Counted from the first letter of the stretch, positions 27,740-39,147 are shown. The stretch: DNA of 64,000 nt from an uncultured Streptococcus sp. (GCF_963525625.1 NZ_CAURLD010000010.1:27696-91695); one strand, 5' to 3'. The notes: generated by a model from the sequence alone, not told the origin. Program-made: numbers and translations.

Positions 27740-28471
27740 TTATCTGTATTTTTCTAGTGTAATCATGGTTTTCAATCCCAAATCTTGGGCAATATCATAG
27801 AGACCAATCCCCTTCTCCCGCTGGCGCAAAATAAACTGCTCACGCAGGCTTTGGGCAGATAGACTGGCTTGTCCCTGCTCAATCAAGAAGGCCTCTAGCT
27901 GACGGAAGCCCCATTGACGAGAATAGGATTTGCCGTTTTTCTCAAATAAATATGTCCCTGTCAGATAGTCTTCTAACTCAACCGTCAGACTCTCAGGAAT
28001 CTTTATGACCCGCTTCTGACCGGCCTTTTCAATCTTCAAAACCTGAAAGTCAAGATTGACATCTGCCACTCTGACCTGCAGAATCTCACTGGGCAGCAAG
28101 CCCATTTCCAAAATCAGAAGAGCCATAAGCCGCCCTCTGGGAACGCTTGATTCCTGCCAAAAAGCAGACAGGTCCAGCAGTTCATTTTCCTGCTCCTTCG
28201 ATACAGATACCTTAGGCAAGACTAAGCGGTGAAACTCCTCAATAAGCTGCTGCTGATAAAGGAAGTAGAGAAATTGATTGACTGCTGAGAGCTTCCGCTT
28301 CTGAACAGCTGCCTTAAAATCCTTAATAGAGGCCTGGTAAATCCGCAGATTGGTCTCGGTAATCCGACCATGTACTTCCTCGATAAACTGCTCCAAATCA
28401 TAAGAATAGGCAATTTTAGAATTTTCTGAGATATTTTTTTGATTTAAAAACGGTCTAATGTATTCTTTCAT
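27740..28471 (-). CDS. xerD: XerD-like tyrosine recombinase homologue (short streptococcal form)
   Basis: 243 aa, in the conserved position upstream of scpA. Confidence 0.7.
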   Translation of the reverse strand: MKEYIRPFLNQKNISENSKIAYSYDLEQFIEEVHGRITETNLRIYQASIKDFKAAVQKRKLSAVNQFLYFLYQQQLIEEFHRLVLPKVSVSKEQENELLDLSAFWQESSVPRGRLMALLILEMGLLPSEILQVRVADVNLDFQVLKIEKAGQKRVIKIPESLTVELEDYLTGTYLFEKNGKSYSRQWGFRQLEAFLIEQGQASLSAQSLREQFILRQREKGIGLYDIAQDLGLKTMITLEKYR

Positions 28472-28929
28472 TTTTTGCGAATTTCGTACTTCTTGCTAAA
28501 GCCGTGCAACAAAGAATTGACAGCTTTCAAAATAGACTTTCTAGTAATAATTCCGTAAAAATGCTGATCCTCGCCCACAACCGGCAGGAATGACTCGTCG
28601 ACCAGCTTATGAAGCACATCTGATACAGTATAATCTGGCCCAACTGTCAAGTCGTCCATTTTGGTCATGTGGACGATGTCTGTCATCATGAATTCCTCTT
28701 CTGGCAAATCATGGCGCATGCGATAGGACATGATGTCTGTCAGGGAAATCGTGCCAACAAACTTTTTATCTGCCGTCACGACTGGTACACGTGAGTATGT
28801 CATCTGACTCAATAGTAAGATAGCATGATCCACATTATGGGTGTCAATCATAACCGCCAGATTTTCCCCAGGCGTCAAAAAAGTTTCTTCATGTTCCAGC
28901 AGATAGTCTTCAAATTCCTTAGCAATCAT
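28468..28929 (-). CDS. cbpB: CBS-pair protein (CbpB/YkuL-like)
   Basis: 153 aa with two CBS motifs. Confidence 0.65.
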   Translation of the reverse strand: MIAKEFEDYLLEHEETFLTPGENLAVMIDTHNVDHAILLLSQMTYSRVPVVTADKKFVGTISLTDIMSYRMRHDLPEEEFMMTDIVHMTKMDDLTVGPDYTVSDVLHKLVDESFLPVVGEDQHFYGIITRKSILKAVNSLLHGFSKKYEIRKK

Positions 28930-29447
28930 CGGCTAAACTCCTTGGACAAGCTTGGATAAAGTTCATGATTTCGCGTATAGTAATCAACTTTAAAGCGGTC
29001 ATCATCAATCTCTACCTTAGCGTAGAGACGTTCGTTGATCAGGCCGCGTGGCTGGCTAATGGAGCCCGGATTCAGAAAGAGCGTTTTGCCTTCCATTCGA
29101 GCATCTGGGATATGCAGGTGACCATAGAGACAGATGTCTGCATTAACCTCTTGCGCCCACAAATCCAGCTTTTGAAAAGAAAAGTTGATATGGAAGAGAT
29201 GCCCATGGGTCTGGGCAATAATGGTCCCCGCCAAATCCGTCACCAAGCGTTCTGGATAGCCGTCGTAAAAGTCCATATTCCCTGCAACAACCTGAATCCC
29301 TTGCCATACCTCATCATCAGAAGGAAGCTCAGAGTCTCCGTTATGGAAAATCGCATCTACCTTTCCAATATAATGATTCCTAATTTCTTCTACAATAGCA
29401 CGGTCGCCATGAGAATCACTCATGACTATAATGGTTTGCTTTGCCAT
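28926..29447 (-). CDS. YfcE/MJ0936-family metallophosphoesterase
   Basis: DSHGD, GDSE, GNMD and HGH motifs. Confidence 0.85.
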   Translation of the reverse strand: MAKQTIIVMSDSHGDRAIVEEIRNHYIGKVDAIFHNGDSELPSDDEVWQGIQVVAGNMDFYDGYPERLVTDLAGTIIAQTHGHLFHINFSFQKLDLWAQEVNADICLYGHLHIPDARMEGKTLFLNPGSISQPRGLINERLYAKVEIDDDRFKVDYYTRNHELYPSLSKEFSR

Positions 29448-30430
29448 GCTGGAAATACCTCCACTAATTTCTTAACTGCCTGAGCCCGATGGGATTGCGC
29501 ATTCTTTTCTTCCATCGTCAGCTCGGCAGACGTTTTTCCTGTTTCTCCCACTAAGAACAAAGGATCATAGCCAAAGCCATTTTCCCCTTTTGGCTCATGA
29601 GCAATGTAGCCCGGCCAATCCGCTTCAACTACCAGAGACTCCCTGTCAGGACTGGCCACCACTAGGGTCGTATGGAAATGGGCAGAGCGGTCCTTGACAT
29701 CAAAAACCATAGCCAACTCATGCAGGAGCTTGATGTTGTTTTCATCGTCTGTCGCACCTACTCCAGCAAAGCGAGCAGACCAGACGCCAGGCAAGCCGCC
29801 TAAAACATCGACCTGCAGACCTGAGTCGTCAGCTAGCACCATTTTACCGGTCAGCTTACTGATTGTCTCTGCCTTAAGCCGCGCGTTTTCCTCAAAGGTG
29901 GTTCCCGTCTCTTGCACTTCTGGCAAATCAGGATAATCATTGAGATTTTCAACCTTATAGCCCAGCTTCTCAAAGAGTTTGCGAAACTCTGCAGTCTTTC
30001 CTTCGTTGCGAGTCGCAATCAAAATGGTATCTCCGACAGCCATCTCAGACTCCTGCCCCTGACCAAAAAAGTCGGTCATCTTAACTCCATCTTTAGACAG
30101 GAAGAAAACCTTGCGTAGCAAGTCCTTTTCTGTAATCAGAATAGCCCCCTTATGACTGGTCGCCTTAAAATCCCGCTTCTGGCGGTCGTTAATCATATTG
30201 AGGACAAACTGGATATAAGACATGGGCGAGCCGTATTTGACCACAACTGTGGTAAAAGCATTGTAGTCTTCATCCAAATCCCGCTCAATGAGCTCGCTCA
30301 ACTCTGCATCTATATGCTCCAAGAACCTGTATGGGATGTCGTTGAAATGATAGCCAGCCTTACGAAAGCGAGTCCATTCTCCGATATACCAATTGTTCTC
30401 GTCAATGTATTCATAAATTTTATTTGTCAT
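29426..30430 (-). CDS. Non-canonical purine NTP pyrophosphatase (RdgB/HAM1) with an N-terminal extension domain
   Basis: C-terminal HAM1 motifs ([23 protein letters not shown]). Confidence 0.85.
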   Translation of the reverse strand: MTNKIYEYIDENNWYIGEWTRFRKAGYHFNDIPYRFLEHIDAELSELIERDLDEDYNAFTTVVVKYGSPMSYIQFVLNMINDRQKRDFKATSHKGAILITEKDLLRKVFFLSKDGVKMTDFFGQGQESEMAVGDTILIATRNEGKTAEFRKLFEKLGYKVENLNDYPDLPEVQETGTTFEENARLKAETISKLTGKMVLADDSGLQVDVLGGLPGVWSARFAGVGATDDENNIKLLHELAMVFDVKDRSAHFHTTLVVASPDRESLVVEADWPGYIAHEPKGENGFGYDPLFLVGETGKTSAELTMEEKNAQSHRAQAVKKLVEVFPAWQSKPL

Positions 30431-31221
30431 AAGCTTACATGCTCCACATTCACTTTCAGGCCCAGCCAGCTTTCTGCAATCTCCGAAAAGCTCTTGGCAT
30501 TGGCAGTTGTGTAAAATTGGTGATTGAGCTCCTGTTTTTCCCGACTGCGGTTGATTTCAAAGTAATTGAGCAGGACAGAAATATCCCGTACGCACTCTGC
30601 CCCGCTATCAATCAGCTTCACATTTGGTCCCATCCTATTTTGAATAATAGGCCGGAGCAAGGGATAGTGGGTACAGCCCAAGACAAGGGTGTCTACTCGG
30701 CCAGCCAGAGGTTGCAGGGTTTCATAGACCACTTTTTTGGTAAGACTGGAATGAAGTTCATTGGACTCTACCAAAGGTACAAACTTAGGACAGGCCAAAC
30801 TTTCCACCTGCATCTCCGGCGAGAGCGCTTCAATCTTCTGACGATAAATATCAGAAGAAACAGTCATTGGCGTTCCAATAACACCGATGCGGCCACTGGC
30901 AGTTGACTTAATAGCTGCACTAGCCCCCGGCAGAATCACGCCCAGTACTGGAATATCCAGCTTCTCCTTTACTTCTTCCCAGACAACGGCAGTCGCAGTA
31001 TTGCAGGCGATAACAATCATCTTAACATCCTTGGTCAGGAGGAAGTTGACCAACTGCCAGGTATAAGCGCGAATCTGCTCGGCAGGCCTAGGACCGTAAG
31101 GAGCCCGCGCTGAATCTCCGATATAAATGACCTCTTCGTGGGGGAGCTGCCGCATGAGCTCACGGACTACAGTCAAACCGCCCACTCCTGAGTCTAAAAA
31201 ACCGATTGGTCGATTATCCAT
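30427..31221 (-). CDS. murI: Glutamate racemase
   Basis: [14 protein letters not shown] and GCTHYP motifs. Confidence 0.95.
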   Translation of the reverse strand: MDNRPIGFLDSGVGGLTVVRELMRQLPHEEVIYIGDSARAPYGPRPAEQIRAYTWQLVNFLLTKDVKMIVIACNTATAVVWEEVKEKLDIPVLGVILPGASAAIKSTASGRIGVIGTPMTVSSDIYRQKIEALSPEMQVESLACPKFVPLVESNELHSSLTKKVVYETLQPLAGRVDTLVLGCTHYPLLRPIIQNRMGPNVKLIDSGAECVRDISVLLNYFEINRSREKQELNHQFYTTANAKSFSEIAESWLGLKVNVEHVSL

Positions 31222-31319
31222 AAGGTCTTCTTTCTAAAACAAGGGACTGGAAGCCGATTCCAAATCCCCATTTTTTTATAAATTTTCTCTACTGGTATTA
31301 AAAGCCAAGCTCTAGAAAA

Positions 31320-31568
31320 TTATTTTTTCTTTTTGCTCTTAGCAAGCGCAGCTTTCTGCTGGCTGATAATTTGACGATAAACTTGCTGTACTTTCGCTTC
31401 ATTTGGCCGTTGACCGCTAGCGCTAAGCAAGGTCCGAACTGCTTCTACATTCAGACGCGGATTTTCTGCAAATTCCTTCTCCACTTGCCGACGAAGCAGA
31501 TACATACCCAAGATCACGCCTCCAGCAAATGCTGCCATAATCAAGAAAATTGCTAAAACTAAATTCAT
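31320..31568 (-). CDS. UPF0154/YneF family small membrane protein
   Basis: 82 aa with a single TM and a family-typical ENPRLN... sequence. Confidence 0.8.
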   Translation of the reverse strand: MNLVLAIFLIMAAFAGGVILGMYLLRRQVEKEFAENPRLNVEAVRTLLSASGQRPNEAKVQQVYRQIISQQKAALAKSKKKK

Positions 31569-31624
31569 ATCGAGAACTCCTCTATTTCCATTTTTACATT
31601 GCTCTTCATTATATCAAATTTTCT

Positions 31625-32875
31625 CTATTTTTCAAAATCAAAGCCATATAGTGTCGCAAAATAATCTTCTGGTTTTTCAGCCCGACGAATCATGCGAACA
31701 TTGCCATCTTGTTCCAAGAGAATTTCGCTGGAGCGGAGCTTGGCATTGTACTGATAACCCATAGAAAAACCATGAGCCCCCGTATCGTGAATCACTAGTG
31801 TATCGCCAATTTGACTGACGGGCAGCGAGCGATTAATGGCGAATTTATCGTTATTCTCACAAAGACTGCCGACAACATCCACAATCTCTGTCTCACCCTC
31901 GGGTCGATCCATATTGGTAATGTGGTGATAAGAACCGTACATAGCAGGACGCAGCAGATTGACCGCTGAGGCATCCACCCCCAGGTAAGTTCGGTAGATC
32001 TGCTTCTTATGGGTAACTTTAGTGATAAGTAGGCCATAAGGTGCCAACATAAAGCGGCCCAGCTCCGTATAAATCTTTACCTGTCCTAGACCAGCAGGTG
32101 TCAGAATAGCTTCATAGGCCTGACGAACTCCTTGACCAATAACCGCAATGTCATTTTCCTCACCTTCAGGCTGATAATTAATGCCGACACCACCAGAGAG
32201 ATTGATAAAGTCCAACTCAACTCCTGTCTCAGCCACTACTTCCACAGCCAGCTCAAAAAGCTGACGGGCCAGTTCGGGATAGTAGTCATTGCTTACAGTA
32301 TTAGAGGCCAAGAAGGCATGAATCCCAAACTTCTCAGCTCCCAAGTCCTTGAGCTCTTTGAAAGCTTGAATCAGCTGGTCCTTAGTCATACCAAACTTAG
32401 CTTCTTCTGGATTATCCATAATGCTGGTTCCCAGCTCAAAGACACCGCCAGGGTTGTAACGGCAGGAAATGACCTTGGGAATACCAGCAGCTTCCTTTAG
32501 AAAAGCTACATCTTCATAGGCATCCAGATTGATAGTCGCTCCAAGGTCACGCGCAAACTGAAATTCCTCAGCCGGTGTGTTATTGGACGAAAACATGATA
32601 TCCTGTCCAGCAAAGCCCAGCTTTTGGCTCATGAGGAGTTCGACATAGCTAGCACAATCTACCCCGCAGCCTTCTTCTTTGAGGATTTTTAAAATAGCAG
32701 GATTGGGAGTGGCCTTGACGGCAAAATACTCTTTAAAGCCTGGATTCCAAGAAAAGGCCTCATGCAGGGCACGCGCTCTTTCCCGAATCCCCTTCTCATC
32801 ATAAAGATGAAAAGGTGTTGGAAACTGCGCCGTAATCTCAGCTAACTTTTCACGACTGACAAAAGGAGTTTTCAT
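31625..32875 (-). CDS. lysA: Diaminopimelate decarboxylase
   Basis: PLP-dependent group IV decarboxylase pattern (FAVKATPNP, GGVGI), with streptococcal LysA-like length and N-terminus. Confidence 0.8.
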   Translation of the reverse strand: MKTPFVSREKLAEITAQFPTPFHLYDEKGIRERARALHEAFSWNPGFKEYFAVKATPNPAILKILKEEGCGVDCASYVELLMSQKLGFAGQDIMFSSNNTPAEEFQFARDLGATINLDAYEDVAFLKEAAGIPKVISCRYNPGGVFELGTSIMDNPEEAKFGMTKDQLIQAFKELKDLGAEKFGIHAFLASNTVSNDYYPELARQLFELAVEVVAETGVELDFINLSGGVGINYQPEGEENDIAVIGQGVRQAYEAILTPAGLGQVKIYTELGRFMLAPYGLLITKVTHKKQIYRTYLGVDASAVNLLRPAMYGSYHHITNMDRPEGETEIVDVVGSLCENNDKFAINRSLPVSQIGDTLVIHDTGAHGFSMGYQYNAKLRSSEILLEQDGNVRMIRRAEKPEDYFATLYGFDFEK

Positions 32876-32979
32876 ACTGTTCTCGCTTTCTATTTGCTGG
32901 GTTTATTATACCATAAATCCATAGGAGAAACAAAAAGCACTGGAGCAAACGTCCAATGCTTGAGTCTTATTTAGCTGAG

Positions 32980-33663
32980 TTATTTGTTTCTTCCAAAAAT
33001 ACGCAGCAAGCTGAGGAAGAGATTAATGAAGTCCAGATACAGATGCAGAGCCAGAGAAATAGCCCAGCCATTTCCTGGATTGCCATTGGTCTGCTCATAG
33101 ACATAGCGGATTTTCTGATTGTCCCAAGCGATAAGCCCTGAGAAAATAAGGACGCCAACAATACTTACAATAAAGTCCAAGCCACTGCTTCTCAAGAAGA
33201 TATTAAGGACGCTAGCAGCGATAATACCAATCAAACCGGCCATACAAGCTCTGCCCATTCCAGAAAGATCCTTCTTGGTCACCTTGCCGATGAATCCCAT
33301 AGCAAAGAACATAACGGTCGTTGTCAGAAAGGCTAAGAGAACAGTTGACTGAAGATACAGCGCCATGATAATACTTAAGGTAAAACCATTGATGGCTGAG
33401 TATCCTAAAAACATTGGCAGCGCTGCCGGACTATTGCTCCGAGCTGCCCCAGAAGCTACCAACACAAAGATAAACTCAGCTGCAATAGCCGCATAGAAAA
33501 TCCAGGTGGAGCCTGTCAGAACAGAGATAATAATGTCCTGAAAGAAGTTCAGCATCAAGAGGGATACGATTGCTGAGATTCCGATACCGACGCCAACGAT
33601 AGAATAAATCTTGGCATAGAAAGAATTAATATCTGATTGATCTTGAATAATAGAATGATTCAT
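32980..33663 (-). CDS. BAX inhibitor-1/YccA family membrane protein
   Basis: 227 aa with 7 TM segments and a family-typical C-terminus (LYLDFINLFL.LLRI). Confidence 0.85.
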   Translation of the reverse strand: MNHSIIQDQSDINSFYAKIYSIVGVGIGISAIVSLLMLNFFQDIIISVLTGSTWIFYAAIAAEFIFVLVASGAARSNSPAALPMFLGYSAINGFTLSIIMALYLQSTVLLAFLTTTVMFFAMGFIGKVTKKDLSGMGRACMAGLIGIIAASVLNIFLRSSGLDFIVSIVGVLIFSGLIAWDNQKIRYVYEQTNGNPGNGWAISLALHLYLDFINLFLSLLRIFGRNK

Positions 33664-33688
33664 AGTTACTCCTTTTATAATAAAACAT

Positions 33689-34180
33689 TTACGGTTTCAG
33701 CATCTTTCGATGAAAGAGCTTGCGATTACCGCCCTTGCGTCTCCAAGGTGCCGTCGCTTCTTTGACGGCCCAATACTTGTCCACCATCGTCACAACGAAT
33801 GACTCTTTGTAGCGAGGCGGTGCCAAAGTCAGGCCCCACATATGCTTGACGATAATGTCCTCTTCGACCTTATTGAGCTTAGTAATCTTGCGAGCATTGC
33901 GAACTGCCAGCCTCGGATGAACCCAAGCATGACTCTTCTTAAACTTGGTCACACGCCAGTCATAGTAGAATAAGTCATGAAGCAGGGCGCCGCGTGCCGT
34001 GCTGCGAGCATTCCAGCCAAATTTTTTGGCAATTCTGTAACTAGTATAACTTACATTGATGGAATGTTCAAGTCTATTGGAATAAATATGATGGGGAATT
34101 TCTTTCAGACGCTGCACACTGGGCTTTTCAATCAAGTGCCCAACATAGGCCATAAATTCCTCGTCCTGTTTGTAAGGCAT
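33689..34180 (-). CDS. HD-domain phosphohydrolase
   Basis: H...HD (LLHDLFYYDW) motif. Confidence 0.75.
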   Translation of the reverse strand: MPYKQDEEFMAYVGHLIEKPSVQRLKEIPHHIYSNRLEHSINVSYTSYRIAKKFGWNARSTARGALLHDLFYYDWRVTKFKKSHAWVHPRLAVRNARKITKLNKVEEDIIVKHMWGLTLAPPRYKESFVVTMVDKYWAVKEATAPWRRKGGNRKLFHRKMLKP

Positions 34181-34224
34181 AGAATCACCTCCCTTGCCAA
34201 CTATTATATCTCTTTTTCTGATTT

Positions 34225-34965
34225 TTAGCTTAAATGAAAGATTAAAATACCCGCAGCGACAGCAACATTGAGACTTTCTGCCTGTCCCTTCATGGAAATA
34301 TGGACCAGAACATCAGCTGCTGCCGTCATTTTTGGACTAATTCCCTGCCCTTCATTGCCCATGACTAGAGCAAAGCTCTCTTTACTATCCACCTCTCTGT
34401 AATCGATAGATGTTGACGACAAGGTTGACGCCAGAATTGGCAGACTGGAAGACTGAGCCAGCCTAATAAAATCAGCTGTATCCATCCGATAAACAGGCAG
34501 ATGAAAATGACTCCCCTGCATAGAGCGCAACGTTTTTAAGTTATAGATATCTGCTGACAAACGAGAGATGAAAACCCCATCAAAGCCAGCTGCATCCGCA
34601 GTCCGAATGATAGTGCCGACATTCCCTGGATCCTGAACGTCCTCCAAGAAAAGATAGCGTCCGCTTAACTCCGCCGGTATTTCTTCCCTTTCAAAAGCCA
34701 CTTCCGCGACAATCCCTTGTGGTGTCTTACTATCAGCCAAATCTGCTAAAATCTCTGGACTGACAAAAATCACCTGAGAAAAATCAGCTAATCGCTCTGC
34801 GTATTCCGCTAAAGCAAAAATCCGAATCAGCTCTGCCCCGCTGCTGACAGCCTCCTCAAATAAATGCCAGCCCTCGATCAAATAAGAATCCTTGCGGTAT
34901 TTTTTGTGATGAAGTTTTTTAGCTTTTTTTACCACATTATTGGCTTTTGAGGTTATAATATTCAT
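34225..34965 (-). CDS. TrmH/SpoU-family RNA 2'-O-methyltransferase
   Basis: DPGNVGTIIRTA, GNEGQGIS and ESLNVAVA motifs. Confidence 0.9.
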   Translation of the reverse strand: MNIITSKANNVVKKAKKLHHKKYRKDSYLIEGWHLFEEAVSSGAELIRIFALAEYAERLADFSQVIFVSPEILADLADSKTPQGIVAEVAFEREEIPAELSGRYLFLEDVQDPGNVGTIIRTADAAGFDGVFISRLSADIYNLKTLRSMQGSHFHLPVYRMDTADFIRLAQSSSLPILASTLSSTSIDYREVDSKESFALVMGNEGQGISPKMTAAADVLVHISMKGQAESLNVAVAAGILIFHLS

Positions 34966-35049
34966 AAGAACATTATACCATAATTTAGCAGACTTGCACT
35001 CATACTGAGGGCTTAAATCCCCTCGGTCCGCTCACTAAAGGAGGACACC

Positions 35050-35328
35050 ATGCAGAAAGTAAAAATGATAGCCCAAGGACGAGTACAAGGGGTCGGATTC
35101 CGCTGGGGAGTCTATTCTCTAGCGCTGGAAATCGGAGGTATTACCGGCCGGGTCTGGAACAACGATGACGGTACTGTTGGCATTCTGGCTCAGGCTGATG
35201 ACCCAGCTCTGATGGCCAAATTTATCCAAGAAATCCGCAAGGGACCGACACCTTTTTCTAAGGTCAGTTATTTGGATGTCACTATGGCCAATTTCGACTC
35301 TTACTCTGACTTTAAAATTTCAAATTAG
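35050..35328 (+). CDS. acyP: Acylphosphatase
   Basis: GRVQGVGFR motif; 92 aa. Confidence 0.9.
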   Translation: MQKVKMIAQGRVQGVGFRWGVYSLALEIGGITGRVWNNDDGTVGILAQADDPALMAKFIQEIRKGPTPFSKVSYLDVTMANFDSYSDFKISN

Positions 35329-35409
35329 GTCTGCAGAACTATTGTATATTTTGCAAAAAAACAGTAGAATAGATAGGTATTATTTTTTAGAAACAAAGGA
35401 TATGAACTC

Positions 35410-36333
35410 GTGAAACATTTCAAACGCTTTTTATTCTCAGGTATGGGACTGGCTGCGCTTCTTTTCCTGTCTGGCTGTGTAGGCCGCGACAAGGCCGGCA
35501 ATCCTTCTGGTCTGATCTGGGATGTGATTGGTCAGCCCATGGCGGATGGTATCCAATTCTTTGCCAAGAATTCAGGCCTAGGTTATGGTCTGGCGATTAT
35601 TATCGTTACGCTCATCGTGCGGATTATCATTCTGCCGCTGGGTATCTATCAGTCTTGGAAGGCTACTCTTCAGTCTGAAAAGATGAACTACTTTAAGCCG
35701 ATTTTTGCCCCAATCCAAGAGCGAATCAAAAATGCCGAAACTCAGGAAGAGAAAATGCAGGCTCAGCAAGAACTGATGGCTGCTCAAAAGGAAAATGGAC
35801 TCAGCATGTTTGGCGGTATAGGCTGTCTGCCTCTGCTCATCCAAATGCCTTTCTTCTCAGCCCTCTTCTTTGCAGCCCAGTATACTCAAGGAGTTGCAGG
35901 CAGTTCCTTCCTCTGGATTAAAGACCTGGCCAAAAGCGACTGGGCTTTGACTGCCATTGTCGGTATCCTCTACTATATCCAGTCAGTGCTCTCTCTGCAT
36001 GGCATTGAAGATGAAACTCAAAGAAACAGCATGAAACAAGCTTCTTATATGAGCCCTATCATGATTGTTGGTTTCTCATTCTTCTCTCCTGCTGCAGTTA
36101 CTCTCTACTGGGTAGTCGGTGGTTTTATCCAAATCATCCAGCAATTTATCATTAACTACATCATTCGACCTCGCCTGAGAAAACAGGTGGCAGAGGAATT
36201 TGAAAACAATCCTCCTAAAGGTTTGAAAAAAGCTAGCCGGGCTAAAGATGTCACTCCAAAAGCTCAGCCGGCTATTGAGCAAAAGAACAAAAAGAAAAAG
36301 AACCGCAATGCTGGTAAGCAACGGTCAAGATAA
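35410..36333 (+). CDS. yidC: Membrane protein insertase YidC (YidC2-type lipoprotein with a basic tail)
   Basis: GTG start, LSGC lipobox, and a K/R-rich C-terminal tail. Confidence 0.9.
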   Translation: MKHFKRFLFSGMGLAALLFLSGCVGRDKAGNPSGLIWDVIGQPMADGIQFFAKNSGLGYGLAIIIVTLIVRIIILPLGIYQSWKATLQSEKMNYFKPIFAPIQERIKNAETQEEKMQAQQELMAAQKENGLSMFGGIGCLPLLIQMPFFSALFFAAQYTQGVAGSSFLWIKDLAKSDWALTAIVGILYYIQSVLSLHGIEDETQRNSMKQASYMSPIMIVGFSFFSPAAVTLYWVVGGFIQIIQQFIINYIIRPRLRKQVAEEFENNPPKGLKKASRAKDVTPKAQPAIEQKNKKKKNRNAGKQRSR

Positions 36334-36335
36334 AG

Positions 36336-36370
36336 AAAAATTCTTCTAGCTAATACTAGAAGAATTTTTT
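36336..36370 (+). terminator. Rho-independent terminator after yidC
   Basis: aaaaattcttctag-ctaata-ctagaagaattttt. Confidence 0.85.
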
Positions 36371-36448
36371 AATCTCAAGTAAGAATCAGCGTAACCGATA
36401 TAAAAAACTCAGCAAACAAAGCAATAACTGATGAACGAGGTGACTCTA

Positions 36449-37684
36449 TCACAATAAAACGGTAAAGCCAATCAAGCCTTTCTTATATGAAACCCAAATC
36501 CTGCCCTTAAAAATCCGAACCAGACTTTCTGCCATGGATAGGCCAATCCCGTAGCCAGGCTGCTTCTGATTGTGCGATTCGTCTTCGCGATAGAAACGAT
36601 CAAAGAAACGGCTGTAATCAACATTTTTGCCGTCCGCGTAACTATTGGCCACCGTCAAACGGGCTCGTTTCCCGCGCTTAGCCTTGGTCAGGGTGACAAA
36701 AATTTGCCCATCTTCGTCACAATACTTGCAGGCATTGTCAATCAGGATACTAACCAATTCATAAAGTTCATCTTCAGTTGCCTTAACATGGATATCTTCC
36801 TGCAGCTTGATCTCATACTTCTTGCCTGCCTTCTCAATGACAGACTTGAAGTTCCCAGCCACTTTTTTGACAACTTCTGAGAAATTCACATCTACCAAAG
36901 TAACATCTGGTTGCTCTTCCAGACGGGCCAGAACAACCATTTGATTGATTAGATTACTGAGACGCTTGACCTGGTCCTTGGTGCTTTCTGTCCATTCATT
37001 TTCGCCAGTCATCAGCTCTTGCAGCTCCGTATTGGCTGAGATGATTGCCAATGGCGTCTTCAATTCATGTCCCGCATTAGTGATAAAACGCTTCTGGTTT
37101 TCATAGTTTTTGATATAGGGACGGATGGCAAAGTTGGAAAATCCAGACACTACTAAGACAAAGAAAATAAAGCTATAGAAGCATAACTGGATAGACAGCC
37201 AGAAAAAGTCATTGCGGCTTTCGAGGTAATTGGTCGAATCTAAGACCACCAGTAAATAGCGCTTGGTCTTGGAATCCTGCGTTATCTGGTAGGAATAAAA
37301 TTGACTACCTACCTTAAAAACTCCACTGCTACGACTGTCCTTAATCACTTTGTTAGCGTAGCTAAGCGCCTGCTCCTTAGATAGATTGGAAAGATGGTCT
37401 AAGTTGGTGGAGTAAAGTGTTTTGTCTTCCTTATAGACCACACTGAAATAGCGGTATTGGTAGATCGTGTCAATGGTGATACGGTCGTTTTGCAAGCTCT
37501 CTGCCGTTTCTTCTACGCTGGGAAAATCTCCATTATTGGCAGATAGAATATTGAGAACGGCTTGGATTTCTCCGTTGGTCTGCAGAAAGCGAACGGAGTT
37601 TAAGACAGCAATCATGGTCAGCAAAATACAGACAATAGCTGCCGAAGCCAACAGAATGAACCGAATTTTAAGCTTCCGAAACAT
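36449..37684 (-). CDS. relS: Sensor histidine kinase (RelS-like)
   Basis: I take the start at MFRKLKIRF, overlapping the regulator gene's stop. It has an H-box (NAGHELKTPL) and a G-box (GYGIGLS). Confidence 0.8.
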   Translation of the reverse strand: MFRKLKIRFILLASAAIVCILLTMIAVLNSVRFLQTNGEIQAVLNILSANNGDFPSVEETAESLQNDRITIDTIYQYRYFSVVYKEDKTLYSTNLDHLSNLSKEQALSYANKVIKDSRSSGVFKVGSQFYSYQITQDSKTKRYLLVVLDSTNYLESRNDFFWLSIQLCFYSFIFFVLVVSGFSNFAIRPYIKNYENQKRFITNAGHELKTPLAIISANTELQELMTGENEWTESTKDQVKRLSNLINQMVVLARLEEQPDVTLVDVNFSEVVKKVAGNFKSVIEKAGKKYEIKLQEDIHVKATEDELYELVSILIDNACKYCDEDGQIFVTLTKAKRGKRARLTVANSYADGKNVDYSRFFDRFYREDESHNQKQPGYGIGLSMAESLVRIFKGRIWVSYKKGLIGFTVLL

Positions 37685-38381
37685 GGCTATCTCCTTCCAG
37701 CGGCACCAGAGTGAAACTGCCGCCTTCCTCACCCAAGATAGCAAGATCAGCATGAATAGCCTTCAGCTTCTGACGCAAATAGGAAATATAAATCCAGACG
37801 AAGCCTTCGTCCAAATCCTCATCCTCATCTTTGGACCAAACATGGCGGAAGATTTCCTGAGTAGAAAGACTCTTCTGAGCATTAAGCATGAGAAATTCCA
37901 TCATTCTAGATTCCTTACCGGCTAGGCGGATGGAGTTGGAGCTAATAAGCTCATGTTCTCCGACATTGAGACTGGTTTGGCCAATCTGCAGCAAATTGGG
38001 GGTGAACGTCGCTACTCGTCTGGACATAGAGCGTAGGCGAGCCAGAAGCTCTTTCAGAGAGAAGGGCTTGGTCAGATAATCATCTGCACCGGCATCCAGC
38101 CCTGTGACCTTGTCATCCACCTCTGACATAGCTGTCAGCATGATGACATGGGTCGTATTGCCGGACTGGCGAATTTCTTTCAAGGCTTCAATGCCTGTCT
38201 TGACCGGCATCATGATATCCAGAATCATCAAATCATAGGCATTTCCCTTGGCTAAGTCCACAGCTTCCTGCCCATCAAAGGCTGTATCAACCTGATAGCC
38301 TTCATGGGTCATCGCTGTTTCCAAAACTCGGGACAGCTGTTGCTCATCTTCAGCTAATAAAATTTTCATCATATCACTCAC
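37668..38381 (-). CDS. relR: OmpR-family response regulator (RelR-like)
   Basis: The receiver domain has a DIMMP acceptor, plus a winged-helix output domain. The start may be MMKILL a few codons in. Confidence 0.8.
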   Translation of the reverse strand: MSDMMKILLAEDEQQLSRVLETAMTHEGYQVDTAFDGQEAVDLAKGNAYDLMILDIMMPVKTGIEALKEIRQSGNTTHVIMLTAMSEVDDKVTGLDAGADDYLTKPFSLKELLARLRSMSRRVATFTPNLLQIGQTSLNVGEHELISSNSIRLAGKESRMMEFLMLNAQKSLSTQEIFRHVWSKDEDEDLDEGFVWIYISYLRQKLKAIHADLAILGEEGGSFTLVPLEGDSHVSEA

Positions 38382-38994
38382 TTTCTCGAATCAAATTGCG
38401 GATGGTCTGCATGGTCACATCACAGGAAGCCAGCTCATCAGCACAGCGTTTTAGCTCGCGGACAATCCGCTTGCTGTCTTTAATCTCATGCTTGTACTTC
38501 ATCTGATGCTCTAAGCTGGCCCAAGAATCCATAGCAATGGTCCGAAGCTGGATTTCTACAAAATAGCGGCCGGGGTTTTGACCATGACAGTCCTCATAAG
38601 GAGTCTCCACCTCTAATATCAAGTGGTAGGAGCGATAGCCATTAGGCTTGGCAGCTCGGATATAGTCCTTTTCCAGAACAATCTCACAGCCCTCCAGCTG
38701 ACGAAGCACCTCAATAGTCTGATAGATGTCCTCAATAAAACCGCAAACAATCCGAATCCCAATCGCATCACGAATTTCTTTCAGGGCAGACTCTGGCACC
38801 CTAGGCAGATTCTTACGTTGACATTTCTCTTCCATACTGGCTGCCTGCTTGACCCGTGCATTAAAATGCTCAAAAAGCTTCTGCCCTGTTTCCTGCTTGA
38901 CTCGTTCATTAGCCTCTTGAATACGCTGACTAAGATCATCTAAAATCTTGGGCAGGTAGACACCATATTTCCCATAAATATCTTGCTCTTGCAT
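38374..38994 (-). CDS. relP: Small alarmone synthetase (RelA/SpoT-domain GTP pyrophosphokinase), RelP-type by synteny
   Basis: YRSYHLI and EIQLRTIAMDSWA motifs. It is co-oriented with the two-component pair, as in the Streptococcus mutans relPRS operon. Confidence 0.75.
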   Translation of the reverse strand: MQEQDIYGKYGVYLPKILDDLSQRIQEANERVKQETGQKLFEHFNARVKQAASMEEKCQRKNLPRVPESALKEIRDAIGIRIVCGFIEDIYQTIEVLRQLEGCEIVLEKDYIRAAKPNGYRSYHLILEVETPYEDCHGQNPGRYFVEIQLRTIAMDSWASLEHQMKYKHEIKDSKRIVRELKRCADELASCDVTMQTIRNLIRESE

Positions 38995-39147
38995 ACAGTT
39001 CTCCTACTTTTCTAGCTTATTCTCATTATAGCATAACCATCTGTCTTTTCTCTATTTTTCCCCTGCTCTTCTTATCTAGCCTACACTCTCTGTCTTAAAA
39101 GAAACGAAAAAAGAACCAGTCTTCTAGCCAGTTCCTTTTGGTATTTA

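Noticed and set aside
39100-39147. A possible terminator hairpin after greA.
   Set aside because: When I wrote out the complementary arms they do not actually pair (ccagtt/ccagtc are direct, not inverted), so no terminator is called here.
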